A stretch of 64,000 bases of DNA from Candidatus Levyibacteriota bacterium (GTDB lineage: Bacteria; Patescibacteriota; Microgenomatia; Levybacterales; UBA12049): NCBI GenBank assembly GCA_049519175.1, contig JBEKQZ010000001.1, forward strand, positions 17,021 through 81,020. Direction: 5' to 3'. The position numbers and the translations under genes are program-made. Each line of letters starts with the position of its first letter. The first letter of the stretch is position 1. The notes beneath the pieces were generated by a model. The model had not been told where the DNA came from, made no database searches, and saw only the letters and a program-made list of their open reading frames with translations. Below are positions 20,819-30,240 of the stretch, piece after piece.

Positions 20819-22315
20819 TTACAGTTTTTCGGTAACCTTATATTCCAAACGTTTACCCAGCATTAATTGCGTGTGTGAAATCAGCGCCGGTAGCGCGGAG
20901 AGAAAAAAGCCAACGAGCGGAAGAAGCAAAAATTCCAACGGAAATAATAGTTGCCTTGTTTTTGAATGTTTCATAATATGTTTTGGTCTTTGCCGGTAGT
21001 CAATAATAAACATCATCAGTATTGCGACCAGGCAAAGCGTTAAGATAAAACCCGCCAATCTTGGTAAGTTGTAGCCAAGGGTGGTTCGGGAGAATACCGG
21101 ATTGACGAAAGGCATAATATTAGCTGCTATCGTTATTATGAACCAGTTAACCGGCCAAAGGAAGTGGTCGAGCAAAACATTAAAAAGCATCATAGTTTTT
21201 CTGACAAAAGGAACTCCCGGAACGGTAAACCACCATTTTATAAATAGAGCATCGTCGGAGGCACCCCAGCTCCAGCGTCTTTCCTGTTGATATTTATTTT
21301 TCAGTGATTTGATGTAAGAAGAAGAAAGAGGCGCATCCATTGAAGTTTTCAAAAATATCGGTTCCATATCCACTTGCCCTTGTTTTTGAAAAAAGGCTTT
21401 AAAGAAAATCCGGTAATCTTCCGGAATAACGTCGGTATCCCAGTAACCAATTTCACGCAACAGCTTAAATGATAAAGAATATGTGGAATTGGAAACCAAC
21501 CTGTCTTTTTGCACCAAAAGGCCGGTTCGCCAAAGACTGCCGAAAAAGGCTACAATCCTAACCGCCGCCGGCACATTCCAGAAATTATTATAATTTACAT
21601 TGGCGGATTGCCAAAATTTGCTATACTTTTTCTCATCCTTTAAGAAACTGGCAGTAAGATAGGCAAAATATTGAGGGTCAAAGATGGAATCGGCATCAAC
21701 AGATGAAATCGTGGCGTAATCCAGGTCGATAATGCCGGCTTTTACTAATTTTTTATAAGCCAGTTTTCCGCCAAACGCTTCATTGGAAGATTTACCTTTG
21801 ACTTCGCCTTCAATGTCCGGATGGAAACTCGCCATCACAATCCCGAATTTCTTTCCAAACTCGGCCATTAATTTTTCCGCCCTATCTTTGGCTTCCATTT
21901 CTCTTTTTTCCATTGCCAGAACAACGTAAATTCTTTTAGTGGGGAAAGTTTGATTACTTAAGCTTTGAAGGGTTTGTCTTAATTTTTCTAAGCTTTCCTT
22001 GTAGTTGGGTATAACGACGACGTGGGATATTTTTTCAAAATTTTCCAGCGGCTTTGTTAATTTTAGCCAATCTTGTTTTTCCGCTTGCTTAATTTTTCGG
22101 GAAGCAATGAAGGCAGTAATGGCCAACGAAAAAGATTTATAGAACCAATAAACATCAAAAAATAAAATGAAATAGGCGACGGCCAGAGGAATTAAGAAAG
22201 AACCCCAAACCGGAAATAAAATTAAAAACCAAGAGACAAAACCGGGTAATATTTCCAGCGCCCGTCTGGTTTTTACGGGATAACGGGTGAAAACGGTGTT
22301 AAAAAAACTTGTCAT
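20819..22315 (-). CDS. GT2-family membrane glycosyltransferase (processive-type motifs)
   Basis: IPNYKE, DAD, PED and QERRW (QxxRW) motifs with flanking TMs. Confidence 0.85.
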   Translation of the reverse strand: MTSFFNTVFTRYPVKTRRALEILPGFVSWFLILFPVWGSFLIPLAVAYFILFFDVYWFYKSFSLAITAFIASRKIKQAEKQDWLKLTKPLENFEKISHVVVIPNYKESLEKLRQTLQSLSNQTFPTKRIYVVLAMEKREMEAKDRAEKLMAEFGKKFGIVMASFHPDIEGEVKGKSSNEAFGGKLAYKKLVKAGIIDLDYATISSVDADSIFDPQYFAYLTASFLKDEKKYSKFWQSANVNYNNFWNVPAAVRIVAFFGSLWRTGLLVQKDRLVSNSTYSLSFKLLREIGYWDTDVIPEDYRIFFKAFFQKQGQVDMEPIFLKTSMDAPLSSSYIKSLKNKYQQERRWSWGASDDALFIKWWFTVPGVPFVRKTMMLFNVLLDHFLWPVNWFIITIAANIMPFVNPVFSRTTLGYNLPRLAGFILTLCLVAILMMFIIDYRQRPKHIMKHSKTRQLLFPLEFLLLPLVGFFLSALPALISHTQLMLGKRLEYKVTEKL

Positions 22316-23106
22316 AATTTAAAAACTCTTTTGGCGTTAGCAGATGTGATTTCGTTAACCACATCAAAAGCAGTGTTTTTAATTTTTGCTATGGAATTAC
22401 CCACAATTATAACATAGCCAGGTTCGTTTCGGCTACCGCGGTGGGGATCGGGCGTTAAATAAGGGGAATCGGTTTCGGTTATAATTTTTCCAAGCGGCGC
22501 CTTGGCGACCAAATCGGAAAGCAAAGTATCTTCTCCCGGTGCTAATCCTTTATAGGTAATGTTGCCGTCAAAACCAACGTAAAATCCCAGCGCCAAAACT
22601 TTTTCCAAATACTCTATATTTCCCGCAAAGCAATGAAACATGCCGGGAATTTCCAGCAGCTCATTTTTATACTGTGAAACAATTTTCAAAATATCAATGC
22701 CTGCGTGGCGTCCGTGAATTTGTAGAGGCAGTTTGTTTTCGATTGAAATCTCAACTTGTCTTTTAAAAATTTCCCGTTGCAATTTTGGATCGGTAATCCC
22801 ATTTGACTTATAACTGTAATAATCCATGCCGACTTCGCCAATGCCAACCACTTTTGGCATTTTGGCCAAAGCGTCAATTTGTTTATCCCAACCCTTGGTA
22901 ACCTTATCGGCATGGTGCGGATGAATACCAACAACTGCATATAAATTTTCATATTTTTGCGCCAGCTCAACTGCTTTCTGACTTGACTCAAGTGAAGTGC
23001 CAGCGTTAATAATGATTTCGACTCCTTGCTCAGAAGCTCTCTTTATCGCTTCGTCGTAGTTTTTAGCAAAAGCCTGAAAATTTAAGTGGCAATGCGCATC
23101 AATCAT
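22312..23106 (-). CDS. tatD: TatD-family deoxyribonuclease
   Basis: DAHCHL, GIHPH, IGEVGMDY, ETDSPYL. Likely start ATG 23106, 7 nt after TATAAT. Confidence 0.92.
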   Translation of the reverse strand: MIDAHCHLNFQAFAKNYDEAIKRASEQGVEIIINAGTSLESSQKAVELAQKYENLYAVVGIHPHHADKVTKGWDKQIDALAKMPKVVGIGEVGMDYYSYKSNGITDPKLQREIFKRQVEISIENKLPLQIHGRHAGIDILKIVSQYKNELLEIPGMFHCFAGNIEYLEKVLALGFYVGFDGNITYKGLAPGEDTLLSDLVAKAPLGKIITETDSPYLTPDPHRGSRNEPGYVIIVGNSIAKIKNTAFDVVNEITSANAKRVFKL

Positions 23107-23165
23107 CAGTTTTATTATACGCCAAAATGACAATTTAAGGAGCGTAATAAAAGTTTAGCTAGAGG

Positions 23166-23813
23166 TTATTGTCCAGAGGATTGCATGGCGTTTTGGCAAG
23201 CTGTTCTGGCCGGTCCGACCGGAACTTGGTCGCAAGGAGAAGTGCCGGTTTGTGTTCCGGTTTGCGGTTGGGCTGGCTGGAAAAGTTGCGACATGTCTCT
23301 AAATGTAACATCCGTAGGAACGGTAAATTTAGAGGCATCGGCTATCCAAGCTCCACATTGCATATTAACATTTTGATTAATATTTATGCTTTGATTAACC
23401 TGGGCATTGTTGGCTGCACTTCTGGCAGCTGCGAGACTTATTTTCATACCTGTCGAGAGACCAGATGACCACATATACATATACGTTCCGTCTGAAATTA
23501 TGTGTCCGTTGGTTTCTTTTCCGTCCGTGCCTTTCATGGTAAAGTCTCCGGCAAATTTTTTATCAGCAACAAAAACAGTACCGGTGCCTTTATTGTTAGG
23601 ATAGGTGATTGTGCAAGTAAGGGTTTTTCCACCCGACAAAAGACCGACAATTGTTCCGGTCACAGAATTTGTTTTAAGAGCTTGTGCGGGAGCAGTAGTA
23701 ATAGTTGGTTTAGGCATTGTTGGTGCTTTAGAAGCTTTTAAAAAGAACATTCCGCCGACAGCAACGACCAAAATTATAATAACGGCGGCAATTACGACCC
23801 CAACATTTTTCAT
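23166..23813 (-). CDS. Membrane-anchored exported protein of unknown function with paired cysteines
   Basis: N-terminal TM from ATG 23813 and four Cys; preceded by TTGACA-17-TATACT at 23849-23821. Confidence 0.7.
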   Translation of the reverse strand: MKNVGVVIAAVIIILVVAVGGMFFLKASKAPTMPKPTITTAPAQALKTNSVTGTIVGLLSGGKTLTCTITYPNNKGTGTVFVADKKFAGDFTMKGTDGKETNGHIISDGTYMYMWSSGLSTGMKISLAAARSAANNAQVNQSININQNVNMQCGAWIADASKFTVPTDVTFRDMSQLFQPAQPQTGTQTGTSPCDQVPVGPARTACQNAMQSSGQ

Positions 23814-23852
23814 TAAGGCGAGTATATGACGATTTTCGTGCGCTGTCAACAA

Positions 23853-24947
23853 CTATTTTTCCCAGGAAAATTCGGGGCGTCCAAAGTGTCCGTAGACCGA
23901 TGTAGCAAGATAAATTGGTCTTTGCAAATCTAGCTCATCAATTATACCCTGGACAGAAGTATCTAAAATTTCCGACATAAATTTTTTGATTACGCTAACC
24001 GGCGCCTTTTCGGTCCCAAAAGTTTCAATGTCTAACATCACCGGTTTTTTGGCACCGATAAAATAAGCCAGCCGGACTTCGGCTTTATCGGCTAATTTTT
24101 CTTTGACTACGTGTTTGGCCAAAAATCTTGCCGCATAAGCGCCGCTCCGGTCAACCTTGGTTGGATCTTTACCCGAAAATGCTCCGCCGCCGACTCTGGC
24201 ATAACCCCCGTAAGTGTCCACAATAATTTTCCGACCGGTCAATCCGGAATCACTGGCGGGTCCGGGCATGTGCCAAATTCCCGTCCCATTCACTATTAGA
24301 TTTTTTTCATTGATTTTAAAACCAAATTCGTCCAAAACTTTTTTAACCACTTCTTTATAAACAGCATGCTTAACTTGCGCGAGTGTCTTTTTTTCATCAT
24401 GTGGAACAGCAATAACAACTTGCAATACTTTGTAAGGAATGCCATTTTTGTATTCAATAGTAACTTGAGTTTTTCCGTCGGGGCGTAAAAAGGGGAGAGT
24501 TTTCTTTTTAACTTCATCCAGCTTTTGCGCCAACCGGTGCGCCATCATTATGGGTAGCGGCATCAAGCTTTTCGTTTCTTTACAGGCAAAACCATACATC
24601 ATTCCCTGGTCGCCGGCACCTTTAACCTTAACGCCTTTGGAAATTTCCGGTGATTGTTCATGAATATCAATTTCAATAGGGGATTGGTCGGTAAAATTAA
24701 AAAGAGGATTAGTATAACCTAAATCCCGAATTCTTTTTCTGGCAATTTTTTCGTAATCTACTTTGGCATTTGCGGTAATCTCACCGACAATAAGAACCTT
24801 GTTGAAAGCCACTAACGTTTCAACTCCAACTCTGCCTTGCGGATCTTGCTTTAAAACATCATCTAAAATAGCATCGCTAATGGAGTCGCAAATTTTGTCC
24901 GGATGTCCGGCGCAAACAGATTCGGATGTAAAAACAAAGTCGTTCAT
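23853..24947 (-). CDS. metK: S-adenosylmethionine synthetase
   Basis: FTSESV..GHPDK, GAGDQG, GGGAFSGKD.TKVDRS. The true start is ATG 24947, downstream of the riboswitch platform. Confidence 0.97.
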   Translation of the reverse strand: MNDFVFTSESVCAGHPDKICDSISDAILDDVLKQDPQGRVGVETLVAFNKVLIVGEITANAKVDYEKIARKRIRDLGYTNPLFNFTDQSPIEIDIHEQSPEISKGVKVKGAGDQGMMYGFACKETKSLMPLPIMMAHRLAQKLDEVKKKTLPFLRPDGKTQVTIEYKNGIPYKVLQVVIAVPHDEKKTLAQVKHAVYKEVVKKVLDEFGFKINEKNLIVNGTGIWHMPGPASDSGLTGRKIIVDTYGGYARVGGGAFSGKDPTKVDRSGAYAARFLAKHVVKEKLADKAEVRLAYFIGAKKPVMLDIETFGTEKAPVSVIKKFMSEILDTSVQGIIDELDLQRPIYLATSVYGHFGRPEFSWEK

Positions 24948-24973
24948 AAAAAACCTCTCAAGTTCGAGAGGTT
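24948..24973 (-). terminator. Riboswitch expression platform: terminator/RBS-sequestering hairpin
   Basis: Minus strand AACCTCTC-GAACTT-GAGAGGTT-TTTT immediately before the metK ATG. Confidence 0.75.
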
Positions 24974-24974
24974 C

Positions 24975-25078
24975 TGATTTTCCCTTCAATTAATTCAGGG
25001 CTCATCTTCCTCTCGGAGTTGGCACCGTTATCTTTCGGTTGCCGGTTCGCCTCATCGGCGAAACACTCTTGATGATTG
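24975..25078 (-). ncRNA. SAM-I/IV-type (S-box clan) riboswitch aptamer upstream of metK
   Basis: Minus strand: tcATCAAGAG, P2 TTCGCC/GGCGAA, P3 GGCAACCG…CGGTGCC, P4 TCC-GAGA-GGA, AGATGA closing P1, then an extra CCCT…AGGG hairpin. Confidence 0.88.
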
Positions 25079-25082
25079 CTCT

Positions 25083-25111
25083 ATTAAACAGGAAATAACT
25101 TTTCTTGTCAA
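25083..25111 (-). promoter_or_regulatory. Promoter for riboswitch-metK
   Basis: TTGACA-17 nt-TTTAAT just upstream of the aptamer. Confidence 0.6.
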
Positions 25112-26562
25112 GTGATGCGCGGAAAAAGGGAAGCGAAAGATTTAATTTCGGTTTTCGTAAATTGTGCTTTTATTTTTGCGCTAGTTTCCGGCAAAAACGG
25201 TTCTAAAAGTTCTGCAATTTCTTCAATTTCATCAACCGCGTGTCCCAAAATGATATTAATCGGCCGTTTTAAATTTCCGGCGGGAGTTTTTAGCAGTTCC
25301 CAGGGTTTTTCTTCATTGATATATTGATCAACTTTGGTAATTTTTCCCCAAATCAAATTCAGTGTTTCGTTAAAGCGGTACTCGCTCAGCAGTTTTTTGT
25401 ATTTGTCAAAATCATTAATGACGTGGTGATTGTTTTCTGCTGGGCTTTGTCTAAAATTGGCCGTTTCGCAAAGTTTGGCCATTCTGGAAATTAAATTCCC
25501 TAAGCCATTAGCAAGATCGGCATTGTAGACTTCTTTAAATCGCTCAAGCGTAAAATCTCCGTCCGCGTCAATTGGAATTTGTGACAGCAGGAAATAACGT
25601 AGCGCTTCAACGCCGTATTCTTTGGTAAACTCAAACGGGTCAATTACATTACCAATGCTTTTACTCATTTTTTCGCCTTTAGTGTAAACAAATCCGTGAA
25701 TTAAGATTTCCTTTGGTAGCGGCAAGCCGGCCGACAACAGCATGGCCGGCCAGTAAACAGTATGAAAACGGTTAATGTCTTTGCCAATAACGTGCAAATC
25801 GGCGGGCCACCATTTCTGCCATTTTTCCTCATCCCAGCCGTAACCCACCCCGGTCATGTAAATATTCAAAGCGTCAAACCAAACATACATTACCTGATTA
25901 GCATCGCCCGGCACCGGCACGCCGACTCCTTGCGCGCGCTGCTTACTTCTGGAAACGCTAAAATCTTCCAGCCCTTGTTTAATAAAAGACAAAGCTTCTT
26001 CTCTTTTATTGCTTGGAGTAATCTTAAGTTTCCCCGACTCAATTAATTCAGTCAGTTTGTCCTGATAGTTAGATAACTTGAAAAAATAATTTTCTTCCGA
26101 AATTTTTTCCGGAGCTTTTTGATGCGTTGGACAAAGACCATTTATCAATTCTTTTTCGAGTTTAAAACCTTCGCAACCGACACAATACAATCCTGCGTAA
26201 GATTTTTTGTAAATGTCGCCGTTTTTAACACAAAGATTCCAAAATTTTTGTACGCCCGGCCAATGTTTTTGTTGGTCGGAACTTCTTTGAAAAACATCCA
26301 AGTGAACACCTAGTTTCTCATAGGCATTCTGCCAAAGCTTAGAATTGTCATCCAAAAATTGTTTAATCGGTATCCCTTCTTTTTGTGCCGCCTGAACGTT
26401 TTTTAGCGCGTTTTCATCGGCACCGGATAAAAGCAAAGTTTCATCGCCTAAAATCTGATGATATCTTCGGATGACGTCGGCTTGAAAATATTCCAAGGTA
26501 TGCCCGATATGCGGCTTACCGTTAACGTAAGGAATGGCGGTGGTAATATAAAATTTATTCAT
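25108..26562 (-). CDS. metG: Methionyl-tRNA synthetase (short form)
   Basis: YITTAIPYVN..PHIGH, YVWFDAL, GKDI.RFH and KMSKS. Confidence 0.97.
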   Translation of the reverse strand: MNKFYITTAIPYVNGKPHIGHTLEYFQADVIRRYHQILGDETLLLSGADENALKNVQAAQKEGIPIKQFLDDNSKLWQNAYEKLGVHLDVFQRSSDQQKHWPGVQKFWNLCVKNGDIYKKSYAGLYCVGCEGFKLEKELINGLCPTHQKAPEKISEENYFFKLSNYQDKLTELIESGKLKITPSNKREEALSFIKQGLEDFSVSRSKQRAQGVGVPVPGDANQVMYVWFDALNIYMTGVGYGWDEEKWQKWWPADLHVIGKDINRFHTVYWPAMLLSAGLPLPKEILIHGFVYTKGEKMSKSIGNVIDPFEFTKEYGVEALRYFLLSQIPIDADGDFTLERFKEVYNADLANGLGNLISRMAKLCETANFRQSPAENNHHVINDFDKYKKLLSEYRFNETLNLIWGKITKVDQYINEEKPWELLKTPAGNLKRPINIILGHAVDEIEEIAELLEPFLPETSAKIKAQFTKTEIKSFASLFPRIT

Positions 26563-26583
26563 TGCCTAAAGATTATACCAGAA

Positions 26584-26919
26584 TCACTTGCGCTTAATAA
26601 AAAATAATTCGATTCCGCCGAAAAGTATCAATAATAGAATCGCGAAGAATGGAGAAATCAGTCCATTTAACCTCAATGATAAATAAGCAATTACCAGAAG
26701 GCCCAATAAAAATCCCCGGCGGGAATTGTTCAAAATAAAAGTAAAGAAGGAAAAGATTAATAAAAATAAAAGCGTTAATCCTGAAAGCAAAATTGAAAAT
26801 CGAAAATTATAAATTGAAAATTGATAGACGGGGGAATAGTTCAGAACCAAATACCCAAGAGCTATCAAGCTCAAAATGAAAACAATCAACAGCCAAAACG
26901 GTCGTCTTTTCTTATGCAT
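26584..26919 (-). CDS. Small 4-TM membrane protein
   Basis: Hydrophobic ORF with its own extended -10 (TGcTAAACT) 6 nt before the ATG. Confidence 0.65.
   Translation of the reverse strand: MHKKRRPFWLLIVFILSLIALGYLVLNYSPVYQFSIYNFRFSILLSGLTLLFLLIFSFFTFILNNSRRGFLLGLLVIAYLSLRLNGLISPFFAILLLILFGGIELFFIKRK
26790..26824. repeat. Heptamer tandem array inside the membrane-protein gene
   Basis: aaattga aaatcga aaattat aaattga aaattga, encoding QFSIYNFRFSI on the minus strand. Confidence 0.75.
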
Positions 26920-26954
26920 AATTCAAGTTTAGCAGATTTTGTTTAAAATGGGGC

Positions 26955-26991
26955 TTGACAAGGTTTGGCAGTCGTGTTATATTACTGCTAA
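26955..26991 (+). promoter_or_regulatory. hrcA promoter overlapped by a CIRCE-like operator
   Basis: TTGACA(26955)-17-TATATT(26978); TTGGCAGTC-N9-TACTGCTAA at 26965-26991. Confidence 0.75.
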
Positions 26992-27011
26992 TCTAAAATT
27001 TATCTGAAATT

Positions 27012-27743
27012 ATGCATGACCTAACAGCCAGACAGGTTGAAATCCTAAAAAGTTTAATTGAAGAGTACATTGAAACGGCCGAACCGGTTGGTTCTGAAAC
27101 GCTTGAGAAAAAACACAATCTAAGCGCCAGTCCGGCCACCATCCGAAACGAAATGGTTCGGCTGACAGATTTAGGCTATTTGAAAAAACCGCATGTCTCA
27201 GCAGGCAGAATCCCGACTCCGGCAGGAATGAAATTCTACGTCAAACAGCTGATGAAGGAAAAAGAGCTGTCAACGGCCGACGAAGTTTCCTTAAAAGAAA
27301 AAGTTTGGGATTTAAGAGAAAAAGAAAGAGATTTCTTAAAGGAAATGACCAGAGCTTTGGCGGAGCGGACAAAAGCTTTGGCAGTGGCAACTACTAACGA
27401 AGGCGACTTATTGGTTTCCGGTTATGCTAACATTTTAGACATGCCGGAATTCTTTGACATCGACTTAACCCGCAATCTTTTGTCGGTAATCGAAGAAGCA
27501 GGATATTTAGAGGGTTTGTGCACGGGGCAAGCAGATGATGACGAAATTCATATTCTTTTAGGCGAAGAATTGGGGCCAAGGCTATCAGGACCATATGGAT
27601 TTGTCTATACCAAGTTTCATACGCCAATGAAGTTAACCGGCGAAATCGGAGTGCTGGGGCCGTCTAGACTGAATTATACTTTCGTTGTCCCAACTGTTAG
27701 ATATTTCGGAGATTTAATCGGTGAAATTGCGCAGGGATGGTAG
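27012..27743 (+). CDS. hrcA: Heat-inducible transcription repressor HrcA (short form)
   Basis: EEYIETAEPVGS…SPATIRNEM…PHVSAGRIPT; GVLGPSRLNY; upstream of grpE-dnaK. Confidence 0.93.
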   Translation: MHDLTARQVEILKSLIEEYIETAEPVGSETLEKKHNLSASPATIRNEMVRLTDLGYLKKPHVSAGRIPTPAGMKFYVKQLMKEKELSTADEVSLKEKVWDLREKERDFLKEMTRALAERTKALAVATTNEGDLLVSGYANILDMPEFFDIDLTRNLLSVIEEAGYLEGLCTGQADDDEIHILLGEELGPRLSGPYGFVYTKFHTPMKLTGEIGVLGPSRLNYTFVVPTVRYFGDLIGEIAQGW

Positions 27744-27746
27744 TAG

Positions 27747-27781
27747 TAGAAACTAGAAACTTGAAATTTGAAAAATGAAAA
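27747..27781 (+). repeat. Heptamer tandem array filling the hrcA-grpE spacer
   Basis: tagaaac tagaaac ttgaaat ttgaaaa atgaaaa; the last unit begins with the grpE ATG. Confidence 0.7.
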
Positions 27782-28209
27782 AGAATGAAAAGAAAATTGA
27801 ACAAGAAGAAAAAGAATTTGCGAACCTTGAAAGTCAGTTAAAAAGAGCCTTGGCCGACTATCAAAATTTGGAAAAAAGGATAGCGGAAGAAAAAAGTTCG
27901 TGGATAAAAGCGTCAAACAAAAATTTGCTTTTGCAGCTTTTGCCGGGGCTAGACAGCCTACTTTTAGCCGAAAAACATACGCAGGATGAAGGCGTAAAAA
28001 TTTCGATAAAACATTTTTTGGATATCCTGGAGAATGAAGGGGTTAAGAAAATCGAAACGGTTGGAAAAACTTTTGACCCCAAATTAATGGAAGCGGTCAC
28101 AACCCAGGCAGGCGAGGAAGGAAAAGTTTTAGAAGAAGTGCGTTCAGGATACATGCTTTACGATTCAATTTTAAGGCCGGCGCAAGTGATTGTCGGGAAA
28201 AGTGCTTAA
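27775..28209 (+). CDS. grpE: Nucleotide exchange factor GrpE
   Basis: RALADYQNLEKR, FDPKLMEAV and GY.LYD.ILRPAQV.V. Confidence 0.95.
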   Translation: MKKNEKKIEQEEKEFANLESQLKRALADYQNLEKRIAEEKSSWIKASNKNLLLQLLPGLDSLLLAEKHTQDEGVKISIKHFLDILENEGVKKIETVGKTFDPKLMEAVTTQAGEEGKVLEEVRSGYMLYDSILRPAQVIVGKSA

Positions 28210-28251
28210 TTTTTAATTTTTGAGTCCAAAGGGACTTGAAAATTAGAGATT
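28208..28251 (+). other. 20-bp RNA hairpin built from inverted heptamer arrays between grpE and dnaK
   Basis: AATTTTTAATTTTTGAGTCC-AAAG-GGACTTGAAAATTAGAGATT; fully paired on the + strand with four G·U pairs. Confidence 0.7.
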
Positions 28252-28271
28252 AAAAATTCTAGAATATAAAT

Positions 28272-30170
28272 ATGGGAAAAATAATTGGAATTGATTTAGG
28301 AACAACCAACTCATGCGTCGCCGTAATGGAAGGTGGATCACCAAAAGTTATCCACTCGGCAGAAGGACGAAACGTTATTCCTTCGGTCGTTGACCCGGTG
28401 ACTCATGTCGTGGGAGATGTGGCCAAAAGGCAAATCGTTTTAAAACCGAAGGAAACCATTTTCTCAATCAAAAGATTAATGGGGCGAAAATACACGGATG
28501 CTTCGGTGCAAAGTGATATTAAATGGCTTCCCTACACGATTAAATCCGGTCGCGACGGAATGGCCGATGTTGAAGTCAGCGGTAAAACCTATACTCCCCA
28601 AGAAATTTCCGCCATGATTTTACAAAAAATTAAAGCCGACGCCGAAGCCTATTTGGGCGGAAAAGTGACACAAGCGGTGATTACGGTTCCGGCCTATTTT
28701 GACGATTCACAAAGGCAAGCGACCAAACAAGCCGGAGAGATCGCCGGTTTGGAGGTAATGCGCATTATCAATGAGCCAACCGCCGCAGCCCTGGCTTATG
28801 GTTTGGATAAGAAAAACGCCCACACGATTGCGGTCTATGACTTGGGCGGCGGTACTTTTGATATCTCGATTTTGGAATTGGGCGAAGGAGTTTACGAAGT
28901 CAAATCGACCAACGGCGACACGCATTTGGGCGGAGACGATTTTGATCAGGAAATCCTAAATTATATTGCCGACGAATTTAAAAAGGAAAATAATGTCGAT
29001 TTAAGAAAAGATCCACAGGCTTTGCAACGTTTAAGAGAAGCGGCGGAAAAAGCCAAGATTGAATTATCCACTTCTCAGGAAGCACAGATTAACCAACCGT
29101 TTATCACTCAAGGTGCCAACGGACCGCTGCATTTGACCATGACTTTAACTCGTGCTAACTTAGAAAAAATTGTTGATCCGCTGATTCAAAAAACCATCAA
29201 GCCGGTCGAGCAGGCTTTGAAAGATGCCAAAGACACAATTAAAGATATTGACGAAGTGGTTTTGGTCGGCGGAATGACCAGGATGCCAAAAGTGGTTGAA
29301 GTGGTCACCAAATTCTTCGGTAAAGAAGCGAATAAATCGGTCAATCCGGACGAGGTCGTGGCGGTCGGAGCAGCCATCCAGGGCGGAGTTTTAGGCGGAG
29401 AAGTGAAAGACGTTTTACTTTTGGATGTGACGCCGTTAACTTTAGGATTGGAAACTCTGGGAAGTGTTTCAACTCCCTTAATTTCCAAAAATTCGACTAT
29501 CCCAACGAGTAAGTCGCAAGTTTTTTCAACCGCGGCGGATAACCAAACCCAAGTTGAAATAAATGTTTTGCAGGGCGAAAGACCGATGGCGGCAGACAAT
29601 AAGTCTCTCGGCAGATTTGTCTTGGACGGAATTCCGCCGGCGCCCCGTGGCGTGCCGCAAATCGAAGTCACTTTTGACATCGACGCCAACGGCATTTTAA
29701 ATGTTAAGGCAGTTGATAAAGCCACCGGTAAAGAGCAAAGCATTAAAATTACCGGCTCAACCGGTCTTACCAAAGAAGAAGTCGAGCGAATGACCAAAGA
29801 AGCGGAAGCCCACGCCGCCGAAGACGCCGAGAAGAAAGAGAAAGTTGAAGCCAGAAATCAAGCCGACTCGCTCATTTTCACTGCCGAAAAATCGCTTAAA
29901 GACGCCGGCGATAAAGTTGCCGAAGAGGTTAAAAAAGAAGTCGAAGAAAAAGTGGCCGCGCTCAAAGGCATTTTAGACAGCGGTTCAAAAGAAGAGCTGG
30001 AATTAAAAACCAAAGAACTGTCAGAAGTTTTACAAAAAATCGGTCAAAATATGTATCAACAGCCAACCAATGAACAACCGGCGGAAGGTCAAGCCTCAGA
30101 AGCCAACGGTGAAGCAAAACCGGACGAGGCAAAAACAGATGAACCCGTGGAGGGCGAAGTGGTCAACTAA
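28272..30170 (+). CDS. dnaK: Chaperone DnaK
   Basis: [24 protein letters not shown] and LLLDVTPL. Confidence 0.99.
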   Translation: MGKIIGIDLGTTNSCVAVMEGGSPKVIHSAEGRNVIPSVVDPVTHVVGDVAKRQIVLKPKETIFSIKRLMGRKYTDASVQSDIKWLPYTIKSGRDGMADVEVSGKTYTPQEISAMILQKIKADAEAYLGGKVTQAVITVPAYFDDSQRQATKQAGEIAGLEVMRIINEPTAAALAYGLDKKNAHTIAVYDLGGGTFDISILELGEGVYEVKSTNGDTHLGGDDFDQEILNYIADEFKKENNVDLRKDPQALQRLREAAEKAKIELSTSQEAQINQPFITQGANGPLHLTMTLTRANLEKIVDPLIQKTIKPVEQALKDAKDTIKDIDEVVLVGGMTRMPKVVEVVTKFFGKEANKSVNPDEVVAVGAAIQGGVLGGEVKDVLLLDVTPLTLGLETLGSVSTPLISKNSTIPTSKSQVFSTAADNQTQVEINVLQGERPMAADNKSLGRFVLDGIPPAPRGVPQIEVTFDIDANGILNVKAVDKATGKEQSIKITGSTGLTKEEVERMTKEAEAHAAEDAEKKEKVEARNQADSLIFTAEKSLKDAGDKVAEEVKKEVEEKVAALKGILDSGSKEELELKTKELSEVLQKIGQNMYQQPTNEQPAEGQASEANGEAKPDEAKTDEPVEGEVVN

Positions 30171-30199
30171 TTTTAGATTTAGAATCAAAATTTATGAAT

Positions 30200-30221
30200 A
30201 AGGCGCAATAGTGCGCCTTTT
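30200..30221 (+). terminator. Intrinsic terminator after dnaK
   Basis: aaggcgca-atag-tgcgcctt-tt. Confidence 0.65.
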
Positions 30222-30240
30222 GTAATATAATAGTTGTCTT

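Noticed and set aside
24948-24989. N-terminal extension of MetK from the TTG at 24989
   Set aside because: The region is the riboswitch platform; homology starts at ATG 24947. The longer starts for groES, nusA, tatD, rpoC and rpsG were dropped for similar reasons.
28470-28590. DnaK carries the ~23-aa 'diderm' insert
   Set aside because: The insert is known to occur outside true diderms, so it says nothing reliable about an outer membrane.
30171-30240. glmS ribozyme upstream of glmS
   Set aside because: The 70-nt gap holds the dnaK terminator and a -10 just 9 nt before the ATG; there is no room and no core motif.
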